Part shown: one piece after another, positions 1-8,551 of the stretch
Layout: every line of letters starts with the position of its first letter
Numbering within the stretch: position 1 is the first letter of the stretch
Virus record (IMG/VR): IMGVR_UViG_3300024275_000015
Location: 1 to 41,532 of that record
Source of the DNA: a virus
Lineage: Duplodnaviria; Caudoviricetes
Reading direction: 5' to 3' (one strand)
Length of the DNA stretch: 41,532 bases
Program-made: the position numbers and the translations under genes
The notes under the pieces: model-generated
What the model was told of the DNA's origin: nothing
The model's database searches: none
The model's input: the letters and a program-made list of their open reading frames with translations, nothing else

Positions 1-377
1 CGCAGGTACCCCCGGCCCGGGGGGTACCCCCCACCTCGGCCTGTTACCGACTGTGAGTAAATAACTGATAGTGACGGGCGCTCGGTGGGCACACGCAACC
101 GTGTGTGACGAGCAGCGTGTGACGCCGCCGCTCCCTGCTGCCCTGTCTTGTGCGCATGGCACTTCGTGCACACACCTTGCAAGTTGCTATCGCTGTGATC
201 ATGCGCGTTATCGATGTGATCAACTTCGGTACTCTTCGCGCCCCAACAGTGCGTGCGCAGCTTGCACGTGGGGTCACGCTTAAGGATGCGCGGACGTATG
301 ACCGTGTCCCAATTAGGGGGCAACGGAACGGTGCGCCACTCCCTAGAGCCCCTAGCCCGGGGGGTGCTTCCTGCCAT
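1..377 (-). CDS. HNH endonuclease (packaging-associated type), open at the window's left end
   Basis: Not in ORF track because it has no stop. My translation from ATG 377: MAGSTPRARGSREWRTVPLPPNWDTVIRPRILKRDPTCKLRTHCWGAKSTEVDHIDNAHDHSDSNLQGVCTKCHAHKT..., showing RD-x-x-C...C, EVDH and NLQxxCxxCH motifs. Confidence 0.9.
   Translation of the reverse strand, partial: MAGSTPRARGSREWRTVPLPPNWDTVIRPRILKRDPTCKLRTHCWGAKSTEVDHIDNAHDHSDSNLQGVCTKCHAHKTGQQGAAASHAARHTRLRVPTERPSLSVIYSQSVTGRGGGYPPGRGYL
5..28. repeat. Near-perfect terminal inverted repeat GGTACCCCCGG-C-CCGGGGGGTACC
   Basis: Seen directly; GC-rich palindrome at the presumed packaging end. Confidence 0.6.
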
Positions 378-616
378 AGGGGGAGGTTAACGCGAGGGGG
401 CAGGGGTCCGGGTCACCATGCGCGCGTATGGCGTTGCGCCGGCCGCTCAGCTACCTACGAGGCGAGCCTCGATCTCGGGTAGCTGCCCTGCCCCCCGCGA
501 CGGGCCCGCTATCTACGGGGGCGGATAGCGGGCCCTGCTCATCGTGTGGTGCGTCGCCACCTTCGGCGTACAGCAGCAGCGCTAGCGGTCGCCCTGCTGT
601 GTTGGACGTCTCGACG

Positions 617-1291
617 CTACCCGCGGGGCGCCGGCTCGGCAAAGGTGTGCGCGAGGGCCGTCTCGACGGGGCGCAGCTCGCCGCTCTCTTCGATGCGGCC
701 CGCGGTGACGGCTTCGACGCAGGTCACTTGCCCCGTGTACTTGTGCCGCCACATCGACGCCCCCGCGTAGTCACCCGCGTAGGGGCCCGTCACCTCGGCC
801 TCGGCGAGCTCGATCGGCGTGTGACAGTGCCGGCAATCGGCCTTGTCGCCGACCGACCACACGACCGGTAGGCGCTGCGTCGTGCCGGGGTCGTCGCGCA
901 CGACCTGCGTCTCGGCCGCCGCAAGCGAAGCGGCCCACGCGCCCATGTCGATCGGCGCCTCGACGACGAGGCGCTGCGTACGCTCGGCCGCCGTCTCACC
1001 CTCATGCGTCGGCTCGGCCGACGGCACGCGCTGCGCAGCGAAGCTCGGCTCGCCGACGAAGGTCGCGGCGGCCGACTTCGGCAGGATGCCGCCTCGGGCG
1101 AGCGGCACGCGGGCGTCGAGCTCGCGCCGGCGTGCCAGGCTCGCGCGCATGTCGGCCGCCTGCCGCAGCTCGACGGCGATGCCGAGCAGCACTTCGGCGC
1201 GCGCCGTCTCGGCGGGCGAGCAGGGCGACTTGACGATTTGCCACGCCGCGGTGAGCGCCTCGGCGGCGCTCGGAGTGTCCGGGTTCGTCAC
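617..1291 (-). CDS. Hypothetical protein with C-terminal CxxC (CRHC) motif
   Basis: GTG start overlapping the upstream stop (GTGA) with GAAAGG SD; 224 aa. Confidence 0.75.
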   Translation of the reverse strand: MTNPDTPSAAEALTAAWQIVKSPCSPAETARAEVLLGIAVELRQAADMRASLARRRELDARVPLARGGILPKSAAATFVGEPSFAAQRVPSAEPTHEGETAAERTQRLVVEAPIDMGAWAASLAAAETQVVRDDPGTTQRLPVVWSVGDKADCRHCHTPIELAEAEVTGPYAGDYAGASMWRHKYTGQVTCVEAVTAGRIEESGELRPVETALAHTFAEPAPRG

Positions 1292-2025
1292 TGTATTAGC
1301 CTTTCGAGGTCTGTGTGCGTCAATTTGGTCGGGAATCGCGCTACGTCAGTCCGCCACGCGTAGGCGACATCGGTCTTCCATCCGGTCAACTTGCCGGCAT
1401 CTGCGGCCGGCCGGCGCCACAGGGCGACCGCCCGCAGCGGCGGCTTCGCGAAGCGCACCGCGCAGCCCTCCGAGCGGTCGCCTGCGACCCAATACGCCGC
1501 CTCGACGGCCCACCCGAGCCCGGTCGCCTTCCGGCCGAGCTTCGCGGCGCTCATGCCGCGGTTGCTCGTCGCGAACTCGGCCGGCACCTGCGGCGGGCGG
1601 GCCGGCACGATCGGCGGGCCGATCTCGACCTCGACCTGCTGCTCGGCCTTCGTCTCGATGATCGGAACGAGCAAGCCGAACCAATCGCGCCGCACCTGCT
1701 CGGGCTCGGGCTCACGAAATGTTGCGCGGCGCAACTTAAGCCACTCGCCCCGGGTCGCCCCGGGCTTGAGCGTCTTGCTGCGCCGCCCCGAGCAGGGCTC
1801 GCCGAGCCACAGGGCCCAGCGACACGAGTGCGACTCGGCCGGCCCGCACCCGCACGAGCTCGCCGCGAGGTGCTCAAGGGGCGGCCGGCCGCAGGCGCAC
1901 GGGCAACCGCGCTCGCCGTCGGCGAGCAGGTCGTGCGCGGCCGGCATCTCGCCGCAGGCGCAAAGGGGGCACTTGCCGAGCAGGTCGTGCGCCTCTCGGA
2001 AGTAACCGCACCCTGCGCACCTCAT
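1288..2025 (-). CDS. Cys/His-rich hypothetical protein (putative Zn-binding N-terminus)
   Basis: ATGA-coupled start at 2025 (MRCAGCGYFREAH...CPLCACG...CPCACG...). Confidence 0.75.
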   Translation of the reverse strand: MRCAGCGYFREAHDLLGKCPLCACGEMPAAHDLLADGERGCPCACGRPPLEHLAASSCGCGPAESHSCRWALWLGEPCSGRRSKTLKPGATRGEWLKLRRATFREPEPEQVRRDWFGLLVPIIETKAEQQVEVEIGPPIVPARPPQVPAEFATSNRGMSAAKLGRKATGLGWAVEAAYWVAGDRSEGCAVRFAKPPLRAVALWRRPAADAGKLTGWKTDVAYAWRTDVARFPTKLTHTDLERLIQ

Positions 2026-2258
2026 CGCGAGCTCGCCCACCTCGTCAAGATCAGGTAGTACCCGAACGAGACGAGCGGGGCGATATCGCCGAACGTGGGC
2101 CACGCCTGGGCGGCGTTGACGATCGCGAACATACCGACCATGGCGAAGATGATGAGCACGCCGGCCGACGGCGGGCGGGGCTCGGGCCGGCGCACGTCGG
2201 GCAGCTTCGCGCCGGCGTTGAGCGCGTCAACCGTGTCGTCGTACTCGTCTCCGCTCAT
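2022..2258 (-). CDS. Small two-TM membrane protein
   Basis: MSGDEYDD... with two hydrophobic stretches; ATGA overlaps at both ends. Confidence 0.7.
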   Translation of the reverse strand: MSGDEYDDTVDALNAGAKLPDVRRPEPRPPSAGVLIIFAMVGMFAIVNAAQAWPTFGDIAPLVSFGYYLILTRWASSR

Positions 2259-2425
2259 CGGTGCACCTCGGCGCCGTAGGGGTAATTGAGCACCTCGGGC
2301 GAGAGGCACTTGAGCAGGTGTTCGGCGTCGGCTTCGAGGTGCTGGCCATCGGTGCCCGGGTGGGCCGAGCCGCGGCGCTTGAGCGTTTCGAGCAGCTCGC
2401 GCGTGCTCACTTGGGAGAGGTTCAC
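2255..2425 (-). CDS. Small hypothetical protein (56 aa, MNLSQVSTRELLETLKRRG...)
   Basis: Not in track; fills the gap exactly with GTGA and ATGA overlaps to its neighbours. Confidence 0.7.
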   Translation of the reverse strand: MNLSQVSTRELLETLKRRGSAHPGTDGQHLEADAEHLLKCLSPEVLNYPYGAEVHR

Positions 2426-2961
2426 GAGCACTCGACCTCCGTCACCTTCGCGGTGAGCTTTTTCGCCGAGCCGCTCGTCTGCCCCGCCTGATAGGCATCC
2501 TGCTCGTACGTGCCGTCGTCGTTCACGGTCATCGAGTGCGTCTGCGCGTCGATGAGCCCGTGCACCTCGTACGTGACGTCACACGGGCCGTCGATCTTCG
2601 TGCCCGGGGTGACCTCGCCGCGCACCTGCCATTCGAGCAGGCAGCCCGCCGAGCCGAAGCACTGCTTAGAGGTGATCTTGATCGTCAGTCGCAGGGTCTT
2701 CGCCGAGAGCACCTGCGACGGCCCGGGCGTCGGCTTCGGCGTGCTCTTCGCGGCCGGCGCCGCCGAGAACGTCGGGTCGGGCGAGGTGACGACGGCGAGC
2801 CCGCGGGCGCCGGCGTCGGGCTTGCTGGTCGCGTCGATGACGACGCCGACGCCGCACAGCAGCAGCAGGCCGACGCCGAGCATGACAAGGGCGATCACGA
2901 GCCCCTTACGCGACTTACGAGGCGGCGTCGGGGCGCCGTAGTACGGGTTCGGGTAGGTCAT
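2422..2961 (-). CDS. Membrane-anchored exported protein (single TM, Pro-rich linker, KQCFGSAGC domain)
   Basis: Basic N-terminus, TM helix, Pro/Thr linker, beta-rich C-terminal domain with a Cys pair; has its own promoter cassette and CGAAAGG SD. Confidence 0.85.
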   Translation of the reverse strand: MTYPNPYYGAPTPPRKSRKGLVIALVMLGVGLLLLCGVGVVIDATSKPDAGARGLAVVTSPDPTFSAAPAAKSTPKPTPGPSQVLSAKTLRLTIKITSKQCFGSAGCLLEWQVRGEVTPGTKIDGPCDVTYEVHGLIDAQTHSMTVNDDGTYEQDAYQAGQTSGSAKKLTAKVTEVECS

Positions 2962-2983
2962 CGGATTGCCTTTCGAGTGGTTG

Positions 2984-3014
2984 GGATGTCAAAGCTAGCA
3001 GAAAACCTGCTAGG
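2984..3014 (-). promoter_or_regulatory. Promoter/operator: inverted CTAGCAG-N5-CTGCTAG overlapping extended -10 (TGcTAGCTT)
   Basis: Heptamers at 2995-3001 and 3007-3013, followed on the minus strand by TGACATC as at 8.2 and 12.5 kb. Confidence 0.75.
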
Positions 3015-3201
3015 TCCATAGTGGCAAGGTGAGCAGGAACACGCCGGCCGCGAGTAGCACGATGCCGCAGACGATGAGCGGCGCCCGGGCGGGCGGGTCT
3101 TCGATGGCGCAGCACTCGTGAGCGTGCACGAGGTCGACGGCGATCGCGCCACACTCGCCACAGTGCGCCGCCTGCGTAAACGGGTCGACGATCGGTTTCA
3201 C
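3010..3201 (-). CDS. Small CxxC protein with C-terminal TM helix
   Basis: GTG start coupled to upstream stop; HCGECG...HECC plus hydrophobic tail. Confidence 0.65.
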   Translation of the reverse strand: MKPIVDPFTQAAHCGECGAIAVDLVHAHECCAIEDPPARAPLIVCGIVLLAAGVFLLTLPLWT

Positions 3202-3374
3202 GCGCGCATCATCCTTCGGAAGTCGGCGACCGCCTCGACGGCCCGAGCGCGCGCTCGACGCTCGGCGACGCGCCACGCGGCGAGCTGCGGGTCGCTGCGC
3301 GCCGAGATCGTCGGCCGCCAGTGCCGGCACCCGGTCGGCGGCACGAGGGCGCGACACTCGCCGCACGGGCGCAT
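3198..3374 (-). CDS. Small basic CxxC hypothetical protein
   Basis: MRPCGECRALVPPTGCRHW...; start overlaps the helicase stop. Confidence 0.6.
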   Translation of the reverse strand: MRPCGECRALVPPTGCRHWRPTISARSDPQLAAWRVAERRARARAVEAVADFRRMMRA

Positions 3375-4990
3375 CACAGCGGCCTCGGGTCGAAGAGCCG
3401 CGCCGCCTTGTCGATCATCTGCTCGTCGTAGATCTCGCCCTTCGTCTTGCCGTGCCGGCCGCGGGCGCGCTCGCTCCGCCACGGGGCATCACGTTGCGCC
3501 TGCCACATCGGCCGCTCGGCGACGAACTCATCGCCCCGGGCCATGGCGTAGCCGATTTCCATGTCGGCCTGTATGAGCCCCTCGTGACCGCGCTCGAAGG
3601 TGTGCCAACGAAGGTCATACCGGTCGGCCGCCCCGCTCATCGCGGGCACGAGGAACACGAAGCCCTGCGAGCCAGCCGGCACGAACCATCGGCCGCCCGG
3701 GGTGCGTAGCCACGTCGAGTGCGCCTCGCCGAACAGGTCGACGAGCTCGTGCGCGAGCAAGCCGTCGGCGTACTCGATCGGCTCGGCGTCGCCCGTGTCC
3801 GGTTCGTCCCGGTCGACGAGCGCCTCGTCGAGCACCTCGTCGTCGTCGAGCTCGTACAGCAGCAGGTCGTCGGGCATCTCTTCGGGCCCGGGCGCGCCGC
3901 CGAGGCTAGCCAGGGTGGCGAGTTTGTGCCGGCTCGTGACGCCCGTGACGTCGAGAATCCAGCAGAAACGCTTATCCGGATACAGGCGCAGCCCGCGGCC
4001 GACCATCTGCTGATAGAGCGTCGAGCTCGACGTCGGCCGCCCGAGGATGACGCACGACGTGCTCGGCAGGTCGGTCCCCTCGGTAAATAGGCCGACGTTG
4101 CACAGCACGACGATCTCGCCGCGCCGGTAGGCGTCGAGGGCCGCGGCCCGGTCGGCGGCCGGCGTCTCGCCGTCGAGGTGCACCGCGGCGTAACCGGCGT
4201 CGTTGAACGCCTGCGCCTGCTCGATGCTCACCGCGACGGTGGGCAGGAAGGCGATCGTCGGGCAGCCCTTCGCGTGCTCGACCCATGCCTCGACGATCTT
4301 TTGCGGCGCCATGGCGGCCGACATCGCTGCGCCGAGCGCGCCGCCCCGGAAGTCGCCCGCGGTGCGCGCGACCCGGTCGAGGTCGAGCCCTTGGATCTTG
4401 ACGCGCACGCCGCGGGGCGGCACGAGGTACGGGCCCTCGGGGTGCCGGATGAGGTCGATCAGGCCGATACGCGGCTCGACGATCGACTCGAAGACCTCGC
4501 CGAGCGCGCGGCCGTCGCTGCGGTCGAGCGTCGCGGTGACGCCGAGCACGAGCGGGCCGTCGGGCTCGAAGGCGCGCAGCTCGCGCAGGATGCGCACGTA
4601 CGTGTCGGCCGTCACGTGATGCGTCTCGTCGACGACGACGAGCCCCCATTGTCGCGTCTTGAGCAGGGGGAGCGTCGCCTTCGTCGAGGCGGTCTGGACG
4701 CTCCCGACGACGATCTCGGCCCGGTACTGCTTAACCGTGCCCTGTAGGCGGCCGATGCGCCGGCCCGGGGCAACCTGCTCGGCCTTGTCGATCGCCTGAT
4801 CGATGAGCTCGGTACGGTGCGCGAGCCACAGCACGGGGCGGCCGGCCGCGACGCTCATCTCGGCGACGCTCATCGCCGTCGGCGTCTTGCCCCCCCCGGT
4901 CGCCATCACCGCGGCGATGCGGCGGGCGCCGCCCTGCCACTCGGCGAGCATGCCGTCGACTAGCTGCTGCTGATAGGGCCGCAGTTTCAC
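3374..4990 (-). CDS. Superfamily 2 (DEAD/DEAH-box) DNA helicase
   Basis: LRPYQ Q-motif, ATGGGKT Walker A, VVDETHH, GVTAT, FTEGTDLP, QMVGRGLR; real start is GTG 4990 (GTGA overlap). Confidence 0.93.
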   Translation of the reverse strand: MKLRPYQQQLVDGMLAEWQGGARRIAAVMATGGGKTPTAMSVAEMSVAAGRPVLWLAHRTELIDQAIDKAEQVAPGRRIGRLQGTVKQYRAEIVVGSVQTASTKATLPLLKTRQWGLVVVDETHHVTADTYVRILRELRAFEPDGPLVLGVTATLDRSDGRALGEVFESIVEPRIGLIDLIRHPEGPYLVPPRGVRVKIQGLDLDRVARTAGDFRGGALGAAMSAAMAPQKIVEAWVEHAKGCPTIAFLPTVAVSIEQAQAFNDAGYAAVHLDGETPAADRAAALDAYRRGEIVVLCNVGLFTEGTDLPSTSCVILGRPTSSSTLYQQMVGRGLRLYPDKRFCWILDVTGVTSRHKLATLASLGGAPGPEEMPDDLLLYELDDDEVLDEALVDRDEPDTGDAEPIEYADGLLAHELVDLFGEAHSTWLRTPGGRWFVPAGSQGFVFLVPAMSGAADRYDLRWHTFERGHEGLIQADMEIGYAMARGDEFVAERPMWQAQRDAPWRSERARGRHGKTKGEIYDEQMIDKAARLFDPRPL

Positions 4991-5253
4991 GGGGCAGCTC
5001 GCTTCGCCTGCGCACGCCACTTGTTGCGATCTTCGGCGATCTTGTGGAACGCCCCACGCAGCGCCTCGTGCGCGCCGACGATCGTGTACGGCTGGCCAGT
5101 TTCGACCCGCTCGCACGCCTCGTTGAGGGCGGTCACGAGCGGCATGCCGACGACCGCTTCCCACTCTGCGAGTAGGGTTTGCGCGTGGTCAAGCTCGGCG
5201 CGCAGGCGGTCGCGCTCGGCGATCAGGGCGTCGATCTGTTCGGGGCTATACAT
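4987..5253 (-). CDS. Coiled-coil hypothetical protein
   Basis: MYSPEQIDALIAERDRLRAELD...; purine-rich SD; coupled to the helicase. Confidence 0.7.
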   Translation of the reverse strand: MYSPEQIDALIAERDRLRAELDHAQTLLAEWEAVVGMPLVTALNEACERVETGQPYTIVGAHEALRGAFHKIAEDRNKWRAQAKRAAP

Positions 5254-5428
5254 CCCTCTTCGTCCCATCTACGCAGCGCTCGGGGCGCACGATCGGCGGC
5301 CGGCCGTACATCATGCGCACGACGTTCCGGTACCGCGTCTCGGCGTCGTGATCGCCGTTGCGGTGCGCGCCCCACGCAGCAGCCCGCCACAGCTCGGCCG
5401 AGGCGCGGCGGGGCGCGAGCTTCGTCAT
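5246..5428 (-). CDS. Hypothetical protein (60 aa)
   Basis: ATGA coupling; fits the operon tiling. Confidence 0.6.
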   Translation of the reverse strand: MTKLAPRRASAELWRAAAWGAHRNGDHDAETRYRNVVRMMYGRPPIVRPERCVDGTKRDV

Positions 5429-5745
5429 CGGTCGAATACCGGCCGCGGGTGCGCCGAGGCGCCGCAGTGTCGATAGATCATCCGCAGCAGCTCACCCGCC
5501 GTGCCGTCCCAATCGGGCAGCGTGGCGCCGCACGGGCAGTAGACCTCATCGCTCAACATGTCGTAGTCGCTCGCCCCGGTCGCGAAGTCGTCGAGGTCGA
5601 GCGGCGTGCTGTAGAAGTCGGCCGAGCCACCCCCGAACTCGGGCCCCTTCGCAAGGAAGACGATGCGGTGCTTCGTGCCGGCCGGCACCCATAGGTCGAG
5701 CACCTCGGCGTCGCGCCACTTCGGGAAACGTCTATCGATGCTCAT
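5425..5745 (-). CDS. Hypothetical protein (106 aa, CPC...H-C motif)
   Basis: Start ATG 5745 (ATGA overlap), MSIDRRFPKW... Confidence 0.7.
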   Translation of the reverse strand: MSIDRRFPKWRDAEVLDLWVPAGTKHRIVFLAKGPEFGGGSADFYSTPLDLDDFATGASDYDMLSDEVYCPCGATLPDWDGTAGELLRMIYRHCGASAHPRPVFDR

Positions 5746-6044
5746 AGGTGCTTTTTCCTCCATTCTCGGGGGTTTTCGACCATTTCGAGGGGGTACCCCC
5801 CGGGGCGGTCGCTCGCGGCGAGGTGGATCGAGCAAGCAGGCGTGCCGTTGAGCTGAATGCGGCCGACGACCGGTACGTACTGCCGCTCGTCGCCCGTGCC
5901 ATGCCCGACGAGCGCGCAGCCCCACGCCGGTTTGGGCATGTCAAGCTGCGCAAGCGCCTCGTACAGCTCGGGCCACAGCGTGTTGATCGCCTCGCGCCGG
6001 TACTGCTCGCCCTCGCGGAACACCTTGTACGGGTCACCCGGCAC
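5742..6044 (-). CDS. Hypothetical protein (100 aa)
   Basis: GGAGG SD, GTG start, operon tiling. Confidence 0.7.
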   Translation of the reverse strand: MPGDPYKVFREGEQYRREAINTLWPELYEALAQLDMPKPAWGCALVGHGTGDERQYVPVVGRIQLNGTPACSIHLAASDRPGGYPLEMVENPREWRKKHL

Positions 6045-6201
6045 GGCCGAACCTCCGCCGCGGGCGCCGATACGACTCGCGGTGCTCGTCGCAGACGATG
6101 CGCACCTCGGGCGGCCGGCCGAGCAGTGTGCGCCATGCCGGCCGCCGGTAGATCGTCGAGGTCGCGGGGCGATAGCAATGCCCGCAGCGCAGATGGGTCA
6201 C
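6034..6201 (-). CDS. Small CxxC...CxxH Zn-finger-like protein
   Basis: GTG at 6201 overlapping the upstream stop; CGHC...CDEH. Confidence 0.6.
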   Translation of the reverse strand: MTHLRCGHCYRPATSTIYRRPAWRTLLGRPPEVRIVCDEHRESYRRPRRRFGRAG

Positions 6202-6902
6202 GACGTCGGCCGGTACGGCTCGCGCACGTGATGCTCGCGGGCGGCGTCGTTGACCATGCGCCGGATGTCGTCCGCGTGAAACTGCTCGGCGTCGGCGTGC
6301 GATCCCGAGCCGGCGTCGGCGTTCTCGTGCGCGCCCTCGATCCACCCGTTGAGCACGTCGAGCATGGTCCGGAGGGCGTCGTACTTCGCCCGCTTGACGA
6401 CCCGTTGCGTAACCCGGGCGTCGGCCGCGAGCAGCTCGCCGAGCTCAGCGCCGAGCGGCACGACCACCGTCTCGGGGTCGGGCGCCGGCGCCGGCCGGCT
6501 CACCGCGCCGAGCAGCTCGTGTACCGCGTCGCCGACCCGGGTCGCGAGCGTGTTGAGCTCGGCGGCCGACGGCGGTAGCGGGGTGAGGTCGGCCGCCCGA
6601 ATGACCTGCTGCCCGAGCGGCACATCGACGAACGGCACGCCGAGCTCGCGGTCGGCGGCGTCGTGCGCGTTCGCGAGGTCGTTGAGAAACCGGCTCGTCT
6701 CGTCGAGGTCGGCGACGTACTGCGCGAAGCGCCGGAAGCCCTTGATCGGCGTGGCGCGATCCGGGACGTAGACCCACGCACCGCTGATGTTAGCGCCGGC
6801 CGCGGCGGCGTACGCCTTGAAGATCGCGACGGCGATCGTGCTCGCGTTCCCGCGGGCGACTACGACCGCGAGGCGGCGCACGGCGTCGAGGTGATTTGTC
6901 AT
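6198..6902 (-). CDS. Hypothetical protein sharing an N-terminal GxWVY motif with its upstream neighbour
   Basis: GGGAGAG SD before MTNHLD; motif GAWVYVPDRATPIKGFRRFA. Confidence 0.8.
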   Translation of the reverse strand: MTNHLDAVRRLAVVVARGNASTIAVAIFKAYAAAAGANISGAWVYVPDRATPIKGFRRFAQYVADLDETSRFLNDLANAHDAADRELGVPFVDVPLGQQVIRAADLTPLPPSAAELNTLATRVGDAVHELLGAVSRPAPAPDPETVVVPLGAELGELLAADARVTQRVVKRAKYDALRTMLDVLNGWIEGAHENADAGSGSHADAEQFHADDIRRMVNDAAREHHVREPYRPTS

Positions 6903-6932
6903 CGTCTCTCCCAATTGCGATGAATGGATGGA

Positions 6933-8198
6933 TTAGCCCGCGACGACGGCGAAGCCGAGCTCGCGCAGCAGGTAGCGCACCGCGCCGACGGCGTCGTCGC
7001 CCGGGACGGACCGGTTAGCCCGGGCGAAGGCGCGCACGAGCTGCGCCTCGGTGACGGTAGTCGCGCCCTCGACCGCGGCGATGAGCCCGCGGCTCGTGCC
7101 CGGTCCGCCCGAGTCGGCGAGCTCGACGAACGCCTTGAATGCGGCGTCGAGGCGCTCGGCCCGGGGCGCCGGCTCGCGCTTGAGCGGGTTGGCGTTCATC
7201 GCGAGCGCCGCCTCGTGCTGCTCGTCGAGCGTCGGACGATCGATCATGTAGAGCGTCTCGCGCTTGCGGCAGGCGACCGAGTGCCCGCCCTCGACCGGGG
7301 CGTGCGTGCCGTCGCAGTCGCAGGGAACCTGCGGCAGTCCCTCGATCTTGCCGCGGCCGAACCGCCCACCGTCGATGAGCACGTCGCCGAGGTCGTAATC
7401 GATCCACAGCTCGAATTCCTTCGAGGCGATGTGCTTGCGCACCTGCTGCCGCAGCAGGCGCCGCAACTCGTCGGGGTCGTTGGCGAGCTTCCCGTCGAGC
7501 GTGACGACGACGCCGTACGAGCGCCCGACCCGCTCGAAGGTGACGACGATGTCGGCCGGCGCCGCGGTGAGCTCGTCGTACCGGGCGCGCGCAGCGCGCA
7601 GGGCGGCGAGGTTCTCGTGCTCGTCGTTGAGCAGCTCGGCCGCTTCGAGCATGAGGGTCACCTCGGCCGGCCGGCCGTCGATCGGGATGCTGCCCGCGAT
7701 CGCGAGCGCCTCGCGGTGCGCGCCCTCGGCAAGCGCCTCGTCATAGGCGGTCGCGACGAGGCGGCGCTTAGCCGACCGCAGGGCGGTCGCGCTCGGGTAA
7801 CCGACGACGGCGTCACGGATGCGCCCCCGCCACGCGGTCACCTGCCGCGCGCCGTCGCTCGGGCGACCGACGACGTGCGCGGCGTTCTGCGCGTACGCGG
7901 CGGCGTCGTCGTGCGCCTCGACCTCGGCCGCGGCGACGTCCGCGGGGCTCGCGCTGCGCTTGCTCATCTCGACGAGCAGGTCGCGGCCGGCGTGCCCCGG
8001 CCAGTCGCGACGACCCGCGAGCAACCTCGCGAACGCCTGCCACCCGTGAGCAACCGGGCGCCGGCCGCCGGGCAGGTAAACCCACCCGCCCGGGCGCGCC
8101 TCGATGCCGACGGCGCGAGCCAAATCACGGAAAACGAAGCTGCGACCGCCCTCGGCGGCGCGAACGGCAAGAGCGACGATTTCTTCGACAGTCAGCAT
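6933..8198 (-). CDS. Hypothetical protein (421 aa), first gene of an operator-linked operon
   Basis: Long ORF with CGAAAGG SD and promoter cassette; GGWVYLPGGRRPVAHGWQAFA motif. Confidence 0.85.
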   Translation of the reverse strand: MLTVEEIVALAVRAAEGGRSFVFRDLARAVGIEARPGGWVYLPGGRRPVAHGWQAFARLLAGRRDWPGHAGRDLLVEMSKRSASPADVAAAEVEAHDDAAAYAQNAAHVVGRPSDGARQVTAWRGRIRDAVVGYPSATALRSAKRRLVATAYDEALAEGAHREALAIAGSIPIDGRPAEVTLMLEAAELLNDEHENLAALRAARARYDELTAAPADIVVTFERVGRSYGVVVTLDGKLANDPDELRRLLRQQVRKHIASKEFELWIDYDLGDVLIDGGRFGRGKIEGLPQVPCDCDGTHAPVEGGHSVACRKRETLYMIDRPTLDEQHEAALAMNANPLKREPAPRAERLDAAFKAFVELADSGGPGTSRGLIAAVEGATTVTEAQLVRAFARANRSVPGDDAVGAVRYLLRELGFAVVAG

Positions 8199-8230
8199 GT
8201 GGGCCGTACCTTTCGGGTCGAGCGGGTGGA

Positions 8231-8268
8231 GATGTCAACCTAGCAGGATTCCTAGCAGGTTTGCAACC
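8231..8268 (-). promoter_or_regulatory. Promoter/operator: direct repeat CTGCTAG-N5-CTGCTAG, TTGCAA -35-like, TGcTAGGTT extended -10
   Basis: Heptamers 8240-8246 and 8252-8258; near-identical to 12511-12550. Confidence 0.8.
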
Positions 8269-8289
8269 CGCGATCGGCCCGGGCATGGC

Positions 8290-8321
8290 GAGGGCCCCCG
8301 ACCGCGAAACCGGGGGCCCTC
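8290..8321 (-). terminator. GC hairpin (11-bp perfect stem), probable intrinsic terminator
   Basis: GAGGGCCCCCG/CGGGGGCCCTC just downstream of the 8341 stop; no U-tract. Confidence 0.6.
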
Positions 8322-8340
8322 TGTTCGGGGGGTGACGAGG

Positions 8341-8535
8341 TTACCGCGTCGCGGGCCGCTCGTCGGTGTCATCGCTTGCCGGCGCGGCGACGCGCGTGTC
8401 ACCCGGAAGGGTGACGGCCTCGGGCTGCTCGTACTGCTCGGCGCGCGCCTGGTCGCCGTGCAGCACCCGCGCGACCTCGGTCGCGCCGTCTTCCGCCTGC
8501 TGCTGCCCGCCCTGCGGGCCGTTGTCGGTCGTCAT
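8341..8535 (-). CDS. Small acidic/disordered hypothetical protein (64 aa)
   Basis: MTTDNGPQGGQQQ...; followed by a hairpin. Confidence 0.6.
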   Translation of the reverse strand: MTTDNGPQGGQQQAEDGATEVARVLHGDQARAEQYEQPEAVTLPGDTRVAAPASDDTDERPATR

Positions 8536-8551
8536 GCTCGGTGAGTACCCG

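Noticed and set aside
44-482. Track ORFs 44-277 (-), 71-283 (+) and 150-482 (+)
   Set aside because: A different minus frame carries the clear HNH motifs.
451-642. 63-aa minus ORF between HNH and the 617 gene
   Set aside because: No RBS or motif support; left uncalled.
6924-8243. Long antisense ORFs (e.g. 6924-8243 +, 14823-16655 -, 34472-35491 +, 39413-40543 +)
   Set aside because: Shadow ORFs expected at this GC content opposite well-supported genes; Arg/Ala/Gly-rich with no motifs or RBS.
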